DNA of 64,000 nt from the human T2T-CHM13v2.0 reference genome, Homo sapiens, in NCBI RefSeq assembly GCF_009914755.1, contig NC_060928.1. One strand, written 5' to 3'. Positions 45,385 through 58,610 of this stretch are shown here, in pieces (positions within the stretch are counted from its first letter, which is position 1; each line of letters starts with the position of its first letter). A program made the position numbers and the translations under genes. The notes beneath the pieces were generated by a model. That model searched no databases, was not told the DNA's origin, and saw nothing but the letters and a program-made list of their open reading frames with translations.

Positions 45385-45683
45385 TTTTGTGGGGTTTGTT
45401 TGTTTGTTTTTGAGGCAGGGTCTCACTCAGTCACCCAGGCTGGAGTGCAGTAACACAATCATAGCTCACTGAAGCTTTGAACTCCTGAACTCAAGTGATC
45501 CTCCCACCTCAACCTCCAGAGTAGCTGGGACCACAGGCATGTGCCACCACTCTCAGCTAATTTTGTTTGTTTTTTGTAGAGTTGAGGTCTCCATGTGTTG
45601 CTCAGGTTGATCTTGAACTCCTGGCTTCAAGTGATCTTCTGACCTCTGTCTTCGAGAGTGCTGGGATTACAGGCATAGCGGCC
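45385..45683 (-). mobile_element. AluJ
   Basis: (TTTG)n tail then ATCATAGCTCACTG...CTCAAGTGATCCTCCC. TSD core is TTGAATAC at 45373-45380 and 45684-45691. Confidence 0.92.
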
Positions 45684-47159
45684 TTGAATACCACTTCTAA
45701 GAAGATTTTCCTTTCCCTGGAACAGGTGTCCTTCTTTCATGCTTATGTAACGTTAGGGGATTTGCTCTGTCACACCTTCTCTGTCACATGAAGATTACCT
45801 TGATTGACTTGTACAGCCTAAAAAAAATGGTAACTGCTAATTCAATTAAAGAGAAAAGCATGGATGAAAACAATTCTGGCTTAAGAAACAGGGGGATGTC
45901 TCTCTTACAAAGACCAAATTAAAAAAAAATATATAAAAACAAAGAATGAATCAAAATACTGCTAAATTTGTCTAGAAGATCAAGGAGGACCATAGTAGTT
46001 TAGCTGAAACTATAGGTTTACAAACTCTAGGGAAATAAAAAAGTGAATAGAATTCACTCTAATGATATGGTCTTTTCAGAAAACCTTCCTGTTTAATCCA
46101 TAGATGATACTATACTTTCAATAAATTGTGGTCTCTGGGTTTCCACATAGCAGTCAATTGGATAGCCACAGATCCATATATGCATACTTTATCTCTCCAA
46201 ACTAAAACACTACATTTATTGTATATCTATACTTTAATTTTATTATATAATTAGAAACTAACAAAAACATTTAATGTCTATATAAGCTTACTAAGAACAA
46301 TATCATTATAGCAAACAGTGTAGAAGGCAAAGTTTTCAACTTATATTTTTCCAAAAATCAAGCACCTGCAAAGAAGTAACATAAAATAATTGTACAAAGA
46401 GAGACAAGGAGACTAGGACTGACTTTGCCGATATGAAAATGCGGAAAGGGCGCCACAGAAGGGTAACCTACCCTGAACATTGATTTATAAACAAGTCCTG
46501 CGCTAAAAAATGGCTTAAAGACTCAAATATTGATAAATCATCCCTAACTGGCCTCTAGGAAGTTGAGGGAAGGAGAGGCTTGGGATAGGTATCAGGAAAT
46601 GCAGTTGAAAGTGTGGGCTAACCAAGGATCAGAGCTGCAGTAGAAGAAGGAACAGTAGGAAAGAGGGATCTGGAGGTGGTCTGATGAGCGAGGAACACCA
46701 GAGATTGGCATGATATCGCATGTCAGTCCTTTGCTGTTTCTGGCATGTTGGTGTGTGAGTTAACCAGACCACTTAGAGGATTGAGGACAGAACAGACAGG
46801 TGATAAAATACCCCAAGTAAAATTTTAGAAATATTAGTTTTTGCCAAATGGAAGAGAATGCTATATTTATCATTTGTAACCAATCTGTCCACCTAATACA
46901 GATGTTCATGTCCTGTTTAGATACATAAAGAGAGTACAATCAGCTGGAAGTAACCAAGAAGATAATTTTCTCTTTAGTTCAAAATATTTATTTCTCATCT
47001 ACAATTACACAAAATTCATTGCTGATAATGAGCAACCACAACATTTATATTCCAATTCCAAAAACATAGGCTAATATGAATCAGAGTATCTACCAAATGC
47101 TTATCAACTCTTCTTACTTAATGACAAGAATTTAAGATATTTGGTTATGTGAACTATTT

Positions 47160-47755
47160 TCTTGTAAATTCTACTAAAATTTGGACCACATAGTAATACA
47201 AATCAGTTAAATCACATTGAACTTTAGGGAACTTTTTAAGCAAGTTTAATTCAATTTGTTCCCATCCAATATATGTATATATAAACAAAGGAATGCAAAA
47301 ACTAATTTGATACAAATAGAAGTAGAAATATTCCACAGAAATAGAAATATTAATGTATACCCATGTAATTGTGATTAAGTGGACTATTTCCATTGCAGTG
47401 AGGTTAAGTTGTCCAGAAAAAGTATTGAAAGCCTCCTGTAACATAGCAGTGTTTTGTTGATATGTATTCAAGATTGTGTGGATGGCAAGTTACAAACCAC
47501 CACTGATTCTCCATGAAACAAAAAATTGATGGGACTCTATGGTCTTCAGTTCTTAAGACAATCCCTGCTGGGCATTTAGGGAAGTAGCAAATTTGCCCAT
47601 TTAGGCTCATTGTAGATGTCTCAATAGTGAAAGAGAGGAGAGTATGTTTATTAACCTGAAATCAATTTGGGACCAATGTTCTGAAGGTGGCTTTTATCGA
47701 TTTGTATCATAAGATATTGAGCCAATTCAGCTCGATCAATGTAGTTGATGTACAG
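47160..47755 (-). mobile_element. Possible very ancient LINE reverse-transcriptase remnant (RTE/L4-like)
   Basis: Collinear degenerate peptides across frames: YIDRAELAQYL..IGPKLIS, SLNGQICYF...AGIVL, YQQNTAMLQEAFNTFSGQLNL. Confidence 0.35.
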
Positions 47756-48331
47756 GTATTTGTCCAGAACCCCTTGTTTTAAGATAATCACCCAAACCCT
47801 TTCCTTCAGTAATCTTGTTCAGTCTATGCAGTTCTGATGGGGGCTGACACTACCCCTCAGTACGAAGGCTGGGCATGTCCTGAGTCTGACCAATCTGAAT
47901 TTTTTATTAGCCTGGCCAGAGTGACTATTTGAGACATAAACATGTCATCAAAGCTAGACCAGTGAGAGTCTTCTGCGGATTGTTGCCACAATGGTCAAGG
48001 AAAAAAATGTGCTCTTCTTTGCAAGAAACTATAAAGACATCATAATTTTGGTGCTGCTCGATACCTTTCAAGCATGTGAAGCATGCCCACATTGTAACCA
48101 TATGCATAACCATAGACCCAGAGAATGAAGACAGATGTTCAAAACTGTGAGCTAGAGCGAGGCAGAATTCTGATGCCATTTGATACCTGGATTTAGATAA
48201 TCCTGAAATGCGAGACTTCTCTTGGCCCTCCCAGTTATTAGAGTGGGTAAATTTTCTAATACATTTAAATTAATTTAAATTAGTTTAACTTGGATTTTTG
48301 CCATTAAAATGTTTAAAGCCTGACTAATTCA
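47756..48331 (+). mobile_element. Old MaLR LTR (MLT1K/J-like)
   Basis: GGGCATGTCCTGAGTCTGACCAATC ... CCTGGATTTAGA...TAAATTAGTTTAACTTGGATTTTTG...CCTGACTAATTCA. Confidence 0.65.
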
Positions 48332-49132
48332 CCCTTATTTAAGCTATTTGCTTAAATAAGTGGCTTCCAAACATTTGGGATGAAAGTGTAACTGTAATAA
48401 TTGAAAAAACAGCCTCCTTCTACTCTACTTCCTACACATTCCAACCATTTCTGCACCTTCTTCATCTCCTTCTGGACCTTGTTTCTCTACCAAGTATAGA
48501 ATAACTTTAAATAAATTTATCAGGACTGTGAATCTTTCTGTCACTCTCCCAACAGACTTCGAATCCTTCATGCAGACCTAGGTGTGTATAATTGGAAAGG
48601 ACAGCCTCTAAGACTGGGATGCCTCTAAAACAGTTCCCAAGAGTAAATAAACACACCATCTCTCATATTGCTCAGACCTCAGCAAAGCATACACATAACA
48701 AAGGCCTCCAGACAACAGTTTGAATTGGTTTTAGGGTCCATATCATCTCAGTCCTTTTGCTTTTAACTCACCAGCAACTTGTAAAGTTAAAATATTTATT
48801 CACCTCTATTTCTCCATCTCAGGACAAACAAGGAAGCTGTATATTGATTCACATTTGGTACTGACATTTTGAAATCATATCCTGGAGAAAGTGAAGATCT
48901 CTAGGACTCAAGCCTGCCATTTGAATCCCTGGAGAACCTGACAAAATGCAGACTCCATGGTGTCCTTCTGTCTCTACCAAATCATAGAATCACGACTAGG
49001 TCTAGAAATTTCCATTTTTAACCAACTCCCCAAGTGGCTTAAGCCAGTTTGACATTGACAGGATTGAAATGAGTATGTAATTTTAACCACTAACGGAGAT
49101 AAATTTGTGTTAGCTGATTCTAAATTCTCTAC

Positions 49133-49297
49133 TGTAGTGCTCTCAAACTTTAATGTAAATATGAATCAACTGGGTCTTATTAAAATGAAAATTCAGTAGG
49201 CCTAGGGTGGGACCTGAGCTTCTGCATTTCCAACAAGCTCCGACGTTACGTTGATGTTGTAGGTCCATGGGCCACACTTTTAATAGAAATGTTCTAC
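49133..49297. mobile_element. MER5-family hAT MITE
   Basis: GTAGTGCTCTCAAACTTT...AATTCAGTAGGCCTAGGGTGGGACCTGAG...CTGCATTTCCAACAAGCTCC...CCACACTTT. Confidence 0.8.
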
Positions 49298-49494
49298 AGC
49301 ATTTCACAAAGAATATGAAAGTAGCAACAAAAGTACATATAATTTAAAAGTTTAAGTAAATAGTAAATCTAATCTATGGAAAAATGAAGATAGGACAGCA
49401 GCGGTAAGAATATCAGATGGAAACACAGGTTGTGTGACACTATAGAATTGTGGAAGAAGACAGCAGGTTAATATTCCTGGTAACTAAATTAAAT

Positions 49495-49496
<2 letters not shown>

Positions 49497-49541
<45 letters not shown>
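49497..49541. repeat. (CA)n microsatellite
   Basis: Directly visible. Confidence 0.98.
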
Positions 49542-49542
<1 letters not shown>

Positions 49543-51349
49543 GATTCCAAAGCCTGAAGGCAAAGCAAAACTTAAGGGGAAGCACAAATCCTGTGAACAC
49601 TGTGAGATATAATGTATGTTGTAATTTTACAATATAAAACATTTTGTCTGACTTTTTCATACATAATTTCTCATATCAGGTTTGAGAGTATAATAAGGAA
49701 ATATAACAGAGAAAGCCTAGTTCATTGAAGCCAAACATTTCTGATCAAAATATACAATTCTCTGATGACTTTGCATGGTACAGATATGAAATTTATAATA
49801 GCTAGAGAAAAGAATATGAATGGCATCCAAGTAGGTTAGATGGTAGGGAAATCTAGAAAATCCCAAAAGAGCTCCTAAACACTTTTTTTGTATCTGAAAA
49901 AAGGATAGAATTGTCTTGGCAATGATCACATTTGCCAGGTATGAAGTAAAAACAGTATCTTGGCAGTGACATGCAAAACATGGTGGGTAATCACATCACA
50001 CAAACCGTGAGCTACTTAGCTCCAACATTCCATATTTCCTACTACTTTTTTTCCTAACTCCCACCATGAGAAAGTGCCCTTTCCCCTTCCTGTACTTTGG
50101 AACATGTATACCTTAACCATTATTTATTTGCTCTTTCCTGTGTGGTTAAGAGTTGTTTTTTGTTTTTTTTTTTTCCTAAAAGACCAGAACCAACTTAAGC
50201 TAGCTTATCAAAAAAAATAGATATTTCCTATATGAATATAAAGGTATATGTGATGTTTAAAATACTTAACAACTCTCAAATTACAACCTTCTTAGCAGTT
50301 GTCTATATATTTCTTCAATGATTGAATAGAAAATATTTTGTCTACAATCCCTCAGAGTGTTTGTGAGAAAGATATTTAAAATATCAAAATTTACTACCAA
50401 TGGCCCTAAATTCAGAAGGTAGAAAACATTTCAGTACAAAACTAATACAGGATGGGTACCCATCAGTTAGAGTGTACAACAGTTTTTTTTAAAAAAAAAC
50501 AACTAATATCGCTATACTAGCATATTCATCTGAATTCTTCTCCTATGTAGAGATGTCAGATAATAAGAGAGGCTAGGCCTGTATTGTGCTTCAGGAAAGA
50601 GGTAAAATCTGGAACTAGAAATCCACCAGAACTTCTCCATTTCTCATCGTTGTTCCCGTCCATCAGCCTGCTTCATTCTTCTCTTTATAAAGGTCAGCTT
50701 CTTGGTCTACATGACAAGTAGCTTATGCACATGCCCAAGCTCTCAAGTTAAAATTTCCCACATAATTATAATTTCTTTATTGAAATTTAGAATTTGAGAA
50801 GGTAGCTAGTTGTCTCCACTTAGATCAGATATTTTCTCCTAGTCTTATCAACCATGGCTAGGGGTGGGATCATTCACATTTTGTAAATTTGGCAGCTGGG
50901 GAAATAAGTAGTCATTATGCACGTTATATTTTATGGACTATGAAATTCATTTCTTGCCTTATTCTTATTTGCCCCTTTCATCTTGACTCATTCACATACC
51001 TGTATTATTTTATGAAGTTGTATGTCTTTTTTAATTTTTCTGAAGCTGGCAAACATTTCTCAGAAACACTTGATATCTTTATTAATTACATTTAAGCTAG
51101 CACGAGAGTGCTTAGTTTCTTTGATACTCAGCTTCTTCTCTAGAGATTCATGCCACTCACTAACTTAAAGGTAAATCCAAGTAAATATAAGTATCTATTG
51201 CACAAAAAATCATTTCAAGAATTTGTGTTAACAAGTGCCTAGCCCTGTAAAGATAGCTCTGGGCCAAAAACTTAGCTATCACAGAAGCAGACTCTATCAC
51301 CATACCCCCTCCTTGAAATGGCTGTTTTGTTTGCCTGGATTATGTACTA

Positions 51350-52240
51350 ATTCAGAAGATATTTCTTGAGAGCAGTAACTATGAGCCAACCATCAGTTAC
51401 ATGCTAGGAAGCATCAGTGAATAAAATATAATTCCATCCCTAAGGGAGCCTACACTACAGAGGGAAGATATTAAAGAAATAAGTAATTTCAATAAATGTG
51501 ATAAATGCTAAAATAAAGGTAAGCCGAGGGTGCTCTAAAAGTGTCTCTTGCATTGTGGGATGAAGGAATTAATCCAGATGAAAGGACATCCAAATTCATA
51601 TCATTGATTTAGGACTAAATGAGAGTTGGAGAGGAGGCATAGGTAGACAGTTCAAGAAGGTTTGGGGCAAAGAGAAAGACAAGTATAAATGCCAAAATAT
51701 GTATTTTGAAAGTCATTATATGAGCATCTAAGAGAATGCTTATGAAGAACAGCATCCTTTGAATAAAAGACAAATAAGATTTTATGGCTATAAAAGAGAG
51801 TTCAAGATAGGGACAGAAATAAGGGATGTGGCTAGGCATATAAATAGATCATAAATGGTCTGAAAAAGCATGTTGACAAATTTGAATTTAATCCTGAGAT
51901 CCATGAGGAGCCATTTAAGCAAAGAAGCGACATTATCAGATTCTTGTTTTATAACATGATTACTCCAACCCGATGTGAAAAATGAGTTTGGAGGGGTAAG
52001 TGAATTGAAGGCAGACAAATTAGTTAGAATTATATAGTTATTCAGAAGAGAGTACATCGTGGCCTTAACTAAGATCAGTAAGAGTGAGGGGGATACATCT
52101 GAATTGAATTTAGAAGTAATAAATGAAGGAAATTGGTAATTGATAGGATGTGGGAAGCATAGACAAAGGAAAAACAGACAAGATCAAGGAAGATACCCAA
52201 GTGAATGCATGACCAAGATGTGCCTGGGATGTGAAAAGTA
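51350..52240 (-). mobile_element. Degraded L2
   Basis: Antisense L2-like text (ATTTCTTGAGAGCAGTAACTATGAGCC, GAATTTAATCCTGAG...GGAGCCATT, ATCAGATTCTTGTTTT). Confidence 0.65.
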
Positions 52241-53631
52241 AATAATTGCCACTTGAATCAGTGATTTTCAGTATCCTTTTTAGCACTGTATGTATATTAC
52301 GAAACAAATATGTTTCTTCTTTATTAATTTCCTTCCACTGAAATTATTTCTGCAATCATATTCACCTAGTCCTCATGAAAAGGATGATTTCTTTGACCAT
52401 CCTGCTTGGAGCCAGAATTGTGGATATATTTTTCATTATAATGAAATATGAAACTAATAACGAAACTTAAAATATGCTGTGAACTACACTCAGAAAGTTT
52501 GTACCAGTACTTTTAGCAGCAGTATTCTGGTATGACTTTTCTATGATACTACGGAATAAGAACAGGAAGCTAAAATGCTTCCTCCACCTGGTGACTGCCA
52601 GGTCAGAACAGGAAGCTGAGGGTATCATCAAAAAGAATTCCACATTTTCTCTATTTTAACATGCCACTGAGAGAGCAATGTCCTGCCAGCAGTGCTGACT
52701 TCAGGCAGTTTGTAGATTGTATAAAATGTGTCTTTAGTGGTGGCCTTCATTTTTTTCTTTCCCGGTATTATTTTCCTTCCCTTTTAGGACATTCCGTCCC
52801 AAAATGTCAAGTGTTTCTGAGGATTGCTCTATCTTGACAGGAGGAACAGGCACACACACATACACACAAACACTGCTAGAGAAAGATTTTAAAGTAAACC
52901 ACAGAGATAAAAGACTGAACATATTCATTTATTATTGTGGTTTCCCTAGAATTCTAGAAATCGTGTGAGTACTGCATGGTGCTTAGATGGAGAAGTGTTT
53001 TGGAGGTGCTTTGTCATTCAACTCTCTATAGCTGGATCAGATTGATCCTGTACCTTGGTTATTTGTATTTGCATATTCAAAAATAATCTAACATTCTCTT
53101 TTGGTCACCACATTCTAAATATTCTGCTTAAACACTGATTGGGTGATTAATAATAATAATAGTAGAGCAGCTCACACCTGTTGAAATGCTTAATACATGT
53201 CAGGCCTCCTTTTTGCTCCTTTAACCCACCATGATTGCTCCTTTTGTATGGCCTGGAACTAGCTATTGTCTTTTTCTGGAATCTCACTGAGAATAGAGAA
53301 GTTTTCTGTCTTGTTTATTGTTGCATCCTCAGCACCTAAAACTATCTCTACTCCAAAATATGTGCTGAAAAAGTATTTCTAAATATATGTATAAATACTT
53401 TTCATTGATGGTATTTGATATGTATTTGTTGTTTCTCCTTAACCACACTAAAGGAAGGGGCATGATAAATTCTGTATTGTGCACAGGACCAAAAATTCAA
53501 GAATCTAAATGCTAAGTACCAAAATGCTACAGATAAGAAGAAGTGCCAAATGATAAGGTTGACTGAGTGACTGATAATGTTTGTGAATATCCAAAACTAT
53601 AGATTAAATTCAAAAGAACAACTTTAGGAGG

Positions 53632-53770
53632 TAGCTATTTTCCTATGGTTGCCCTAATAAATTACCACAAAGTGTCTTAAAACAAGAGAAATTTATTCCC
53701 TCTGAGTTTTGGAGGTCAGAAGTTAAAAATTAAGTTGTCAGCAAAGCTGTGCTCCCTCTGAAGGCACCAA
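53632..53770 (-). mobile_element. MLT1 (MaLR) LTR 3' fragment
   Basis: TTTCCTATGGTTGCCCTAATAAATTACCACAA...CTTAAAACAAGAGAAATTTATT...GGAGGTCAGAAG...GCTCCCTCTGAAGGC. Confidence 0.75.
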
Positions 53771-53924
53771 AGTATGGTCAAATATGTACAAAAAAATGTA
53801 GCTGCAGACATGTCATAACTTCAGAGGGGTCTTTCATATACCAATCACAAAAGTGGTAATGTGAGAACAATTGAGAAAAAGCAACATCTTTCAGTGTCCC
53901 TGAGTTATATTTGCCGTGGTAACA

Positions 53925-54130
53925 ACTACTACTTGTTGAACACATAATTGTACACCAAGTGCTGTGTTAAGCTCTTTATTACATTATTTAAATTTCTATT
54001 TAATGGATAAGGTAACTGAACCTCAAAGGGGTTAAGTGACTCGGTGACAGAACTCATTATAGACAAAACTGGAATCGAATTTAGATTGATTTGACACCAA
54101 ATCTTATACTCTCATCATGATACTATATTG
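53925..54130 (-). mobile_element. MIR SINE
   Basis: GGATAAGGTAACTGAACCTCAAAGGGGTTAAGTGACT is the antisense MIR core. Confidence 0.7.
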
Positions 54131-55190
54131 TTACAGTTTCTAACAGCACAGCACAGCAATGGATTTTAGGGAAACCATCACAACTAACAGTGTGTCATGC
54201 TTGCCTCATATACACAGAAAAAAAAAAATGGAGACATAGGCTACACCTTTGAGAGTATAGAGTTGGGAAACAGATGAATAGTTAGATCATGACCACGCAT
54301 GCCAAGCCGAATGTATGATGCTACAGGAGAGAGACATTAACAAAGTAACAAACTGTAAAATAATGGGAGATTAATTTGATTTGGAGTGGGGATTGGGAAA
54401 GGCTTTGAATAAACTTGACTCCCCTTGGGACTTGTAGATAAGTAGAATTTTGACCTTCAAGAACAGAAAAAAAAATACAACCTAAAAGATATGGGAAAGG
54501 CAAGAATGTTAAGGAAATATTGAGTATCTCTTTGTATCTGCAGCAGGTATGCCTTAGTGAGCAGGTAGCCAAGGGGGAAAAGATGTTGGAAAAGTAGGTT
54601 GAGCTAGATTATTGAAAACCTTTCTTGTCAAAGAAGAGTCTGGACTTCCTTTTTTGGACTTATGGCAGCTACACGCAATTTCATTCTGCCAGGCAGCTCT
54701 TTCCTGGGATATAAATTGGTAAACCACACAAATGCTGCCCATAGTGACTCCACACTAAACTATAGGATCATTTACATTCATGTGCACTTGCAGTGTGGCA
54801 AGCCCACAAGTACTTTCAACTACTCTTTTGAAAATTGGGGCTTATGATTGCTGTCCAGAGTGTCTTCTTCAAATACTAAAATGTGAAGGACACTGATTAC
54901 ACGCACATGCATAAACTTATCGCCCCAGAAAGAAAATGGAGAGAGAGAGAGAGATTGTTCTGTGAGTACAGGAATTTATCTTTTATCTTGTGGAAGAAAG
55001 GAACACGACATAGCATGTCTATTTATAGGGCACTAAAAATGATTTCTAGTCAGGTAATCTTGCAAAATCAGGGAATGCATATATAACATAATGAATATTT
55101 AAATGCAAGGGGAACTTCACATACTTCTGAAACCAAGGTATTTTTCAGTGGTAACATCAGAAGGGGACTGGCTCCGACAGGATGAGAATC

Positions 55191-55204
55191 GTTACCATAG
55201 CAAC
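55191..55204. promoter_or_regulatory. RFX X-box consensus match
   Basis: GTTACCATAGCAAC fits GTTNCCATRGNAAC. This is a motif match only; occupancy is unknown. Confidence 0.5.
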
Positions 55205-56829
55205 TCCCAGGCTGACTCATTCATAGATAACTCTTTAAACTTGTGACATGAGAGAAATTGCTCGAGGATTCTTAACACTGTACCAAAATACACATTGCTC
55301 CATGCAGATGAAAAAAATGCATCAGCACAGCCTTTTTTTTCTTCTTAAAACTCTCCGTTTTATTTCTATACAAGGTGTCTCTTGTCCTTCAGTCTCTCCC
55401 ACCTTCAGGATAGGGAAATGGGCACAGACATAGTGTGGAAGATTGGGGCAACTCAAGCTGCTTTTCAAAAATAAAATTCTGCATTATGTTTGCAGGTATC
55501 ACTTTAGCGGTCACACCGTTGCTGAACCTTGATTTCCACTCATGTCTGAGCTGGGATTCAATTTTCTGTATCTTCCAGAATTTACATTTTTTAAAAAAAA
55601 TTTGCTGAGCCAGAAGTAAGCAAGTCAAAAAGACAGGGGAACATAAAGTACCAGAAAGTAAAGATAATAAATGCCTCTGTCTTTCTCTCTTCCTTTCTTT
55701 TTTTCCCCCTCTCTCTCCCCCTTTTCCTCTTTTTGGTAGTCATGATAATGCGTCTTTGTAGAGCAACAGTAAGAGAAAATTTCAGGCTTAAGTTCCCTTT
55801 GTTGCAGTAGAAAGAAAGTATACGAGGAAATTGATAAAATATGAAATGACATTATAAATGGAGACAGGAACAGATTTTCTAGGCTTAATGAAAGCATAGA
55901 CATTGCTCATTTAGGATTCTGAAGAACCCTTAGGGAATTCCAGGCCACTCTCAAATTAATTCCCCAATAATGACATGAGAATTAATAGCGTAATAATCTC
56001 CGTGGAGGCATCTATCCAAAAATGTAAATTTCAGGACTGTCCAAGTTGTCCTGGTGATAATTATGCACACTGAGTGTAAGAATTGTTGATACAGGTCAAT
56101 CTACTCATTTTGCTAGACAGAAGAGCTCACTTTCTGGGATTTTTGTCTTGCCAAAGATATAAAACCCACTTTTCTAGATCCTCAGGTGCATTCTCAGCAA
56201 ACCGAGTTTTCTGCGTGACTTTTCTTAAAGGCAATATTTTTAGAAAAATTGTTAAATAATGTAAAACTTAGAATGTGACAAAATTGATAACTTTTAATGT
56301 CATAAAGAGAAATGTGTTAGTGTGACTATTCAGTTTAATTAGGAATTTGATTGGTTGAATGATAAATTATTTAGGGCAGTTTCTTTTTCTGGGCCACTTT
56401 TATTGCTGATGCCTATCTTTGAAACATATACCTACCCTAGAGAGTGGATAAGGCACATTTAAAATGTATTTAAAAATAAATTTTAAATACATAAGATAAT
56501 ATAGTCTAAAAGTAAGTCTTACTCATCATTTACATCTTATCCTTTACCATTTATGTCTCTACTTCAAGCACTTTAAATTAACATCCAATATTTCATTCCT
56601 TTAAATTCTGGTCCTCCTCAAGTATTTACATTCTTTTCTTCATCTCCCATATCCACAGCAACCAATTTAAGTCCATTCTATTTCCTTTCTTTTTTTCCTT
56701 TCCTCCTTATTTTATACAACCTCATATTCCTCTGCCTTCATTCAGACTAATAGAGTGTTTCACCTCCACTGCTATTTTTAATTTTTTCTTAACTGGGATG
56801 TCTATCTTTGGATTTTCCTGACTCCAATC

Positions 56830-57700
56830 CATTTATTGACTTATTCAGCAAATAGTAGTTTGGGCATCCACTAGACGGCAGGCCCTGCCCTCAACACTGA
56901 GGATGTAGCAAGAGAATTACGCCTTTGGGAAGCCCAGGTTCTAGTGGAGGAAATAAAAGAGCACCCAGCTAATTTCCACACAGAGCAATGCAGGCCATGA
57001 TGACAGCCTACTGTGGGAGCACGTCGGAAGGGCCAAACCCAGACTTCCTGGCTCCTGACATGGGAGAAGAGGGTGTAGCTCCATTTCCAATCTAAGGCCT
57101 GTTCAATACGATTTAGCTAGGCAAAGGCAAAGGGGAAAGACAGGAGGAATGGGTGTTCCAGACCAAGAAGATTTTATAGCAAGACAAGAGGTATGTTGGA
57201 GGAACCAAGACCAAGGTGGCTGGATAATAGAGTAAAAGAAACAAGCAAGAAGTGTGACTGCAGAGATAAGATAGAGACAGAGGAAGGTATTGTCTGCCCT
57301 TAAGAAATTTGTATTTTTATTCTCATAACATTGAGGAGCTACAGCAAATTTAACCTTGGGAGCAACATGATCATATTTGCAATTTTTTAAAAATTGAAAT
57401 CTCATTTTACCTGCCATATAACAAATGGATTAGGGAAGAACAAGACTAGAGAAGTCTACTTAGGAGCTTATTATAGTAAATCAGGTGAGAAGTGATAAAG
57501 ACCAAACTAGATAGTAGCAAGTATAGACAGAATAAAGAAACATTTTAATGAAACAGAAATGCCAGAAGAGAAAAAGAGTCAAGAAATACTCTTAGGTTCT
57601 GGTTTGGTCAATGGAGTGTTTGATTGTACCAGTCAATGAGAATGAGGGTGGAGATGGAGGACCCGATTTAAAGGTGGGTGGGCATAATTCTATTTTGGGC
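56830..57700 (-). mobile_element. Degraded L2
   Basis: ATTCAGCAAATAG...GGCATCCACTAGACGGCAGGC, and CATGATCATATTTGCAATTTT...TAGTAAATCAGGTGAGAAGTGAT. Confidence 0.6.
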
Positions 57701-58384
57701 CAGAGATAGTTCCTTTATTTGGCATTCTGTCAGCTTGGTGGTGCTGGGTCATAGAAGTAAAGTGCACCAGCCCCTTCTCTTAATAAGTTTACGCTCATCC
57801 TTTATCCTAGAGTCGTCATGGACTCACAATGTAAATTAAGAGACATTTAGCCTCTAAGCACATAACAATATTTGCCTTTTAACTTACTGTCACTTACAAA
57901 TAATTTCTAGCAAGGGAAATATAGTTGCTACTATAACTAATGATTAATGAGGTTTTTACTGAGAAGCGGTAAAATACTTTGGCAGACTTTTTAAAGGGGA
58001 AGCCATCTTACCAAAAGAAAATTATTCCACTCCCCATATTCCTTAAGGATCACTGTGGAAGAAAAATGCTGGCCTTCCCTTGGCTAACATTTGAAAAGTT
58101 GTCCAGGGCAGTGATGAACAATTGATTTGTATCTAGTATCAACCACACACAGAGGACATCATGGCAGCAGAGTTCATCAGCATCACTGGCTGATGAAGGA
58201 GAATTCATGGATAAAACATCAGAGAAAACTGGAAAATCTACCCACGAACTGAATGTTAATGATTAATTGCCATCCATAAGAAAGCAAGGCAGAAGTCAGC
58301 CTTGGGCAACAGATAAAAGCTATGTCCTAGGAGGAAAACCTTTTGTGCTTGCGGCACATGCTTAAACCATGCTTGTTATATGAT

Positions 58385-58610
58385 ACAGTGGAAAGAACTT
58401 TGCCCATAGAGTCAGACAGATCAGGGTTCAAATCACAGCTGTGATATTTTTGAGAAGAGGCACTTAGGGCATCCTTAAACTCAGTCTCACCTATCAAAGG
58501 AAGATATTAACTCCAACTCTATATGGTGGTTTTATATTGTTATAAACAATATAACATAGGGAAAGCACCCGGTAAAATGCTGATCATACAGTTAAATGTT
58601 CAGAAACAGA
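58385..58610 (+). mobile_element. MIR SINE
   Basis: CAGTGGAAAGAAC...AGAGTCAGACAGATCAGGGTTCAAATCACAGCT. Confidence 0.75.

Noticed and set aside
56464-56492. AT-rich palindrome ATGTATTTAAAA-ATAAA-TTTTAAATACAT
   Set aside because: Low complexity and common in AT-rich DNA
58137-58266. Open frame after TTTGTATCTAG (INHTQRTSWQQSSSASLADEGEFMDK...) with a 9-bp hairpin at 58173-58197
   Set aside because: The acceptor is weak, the peptide is unrecognised, and a hairpin this short is expected by chance
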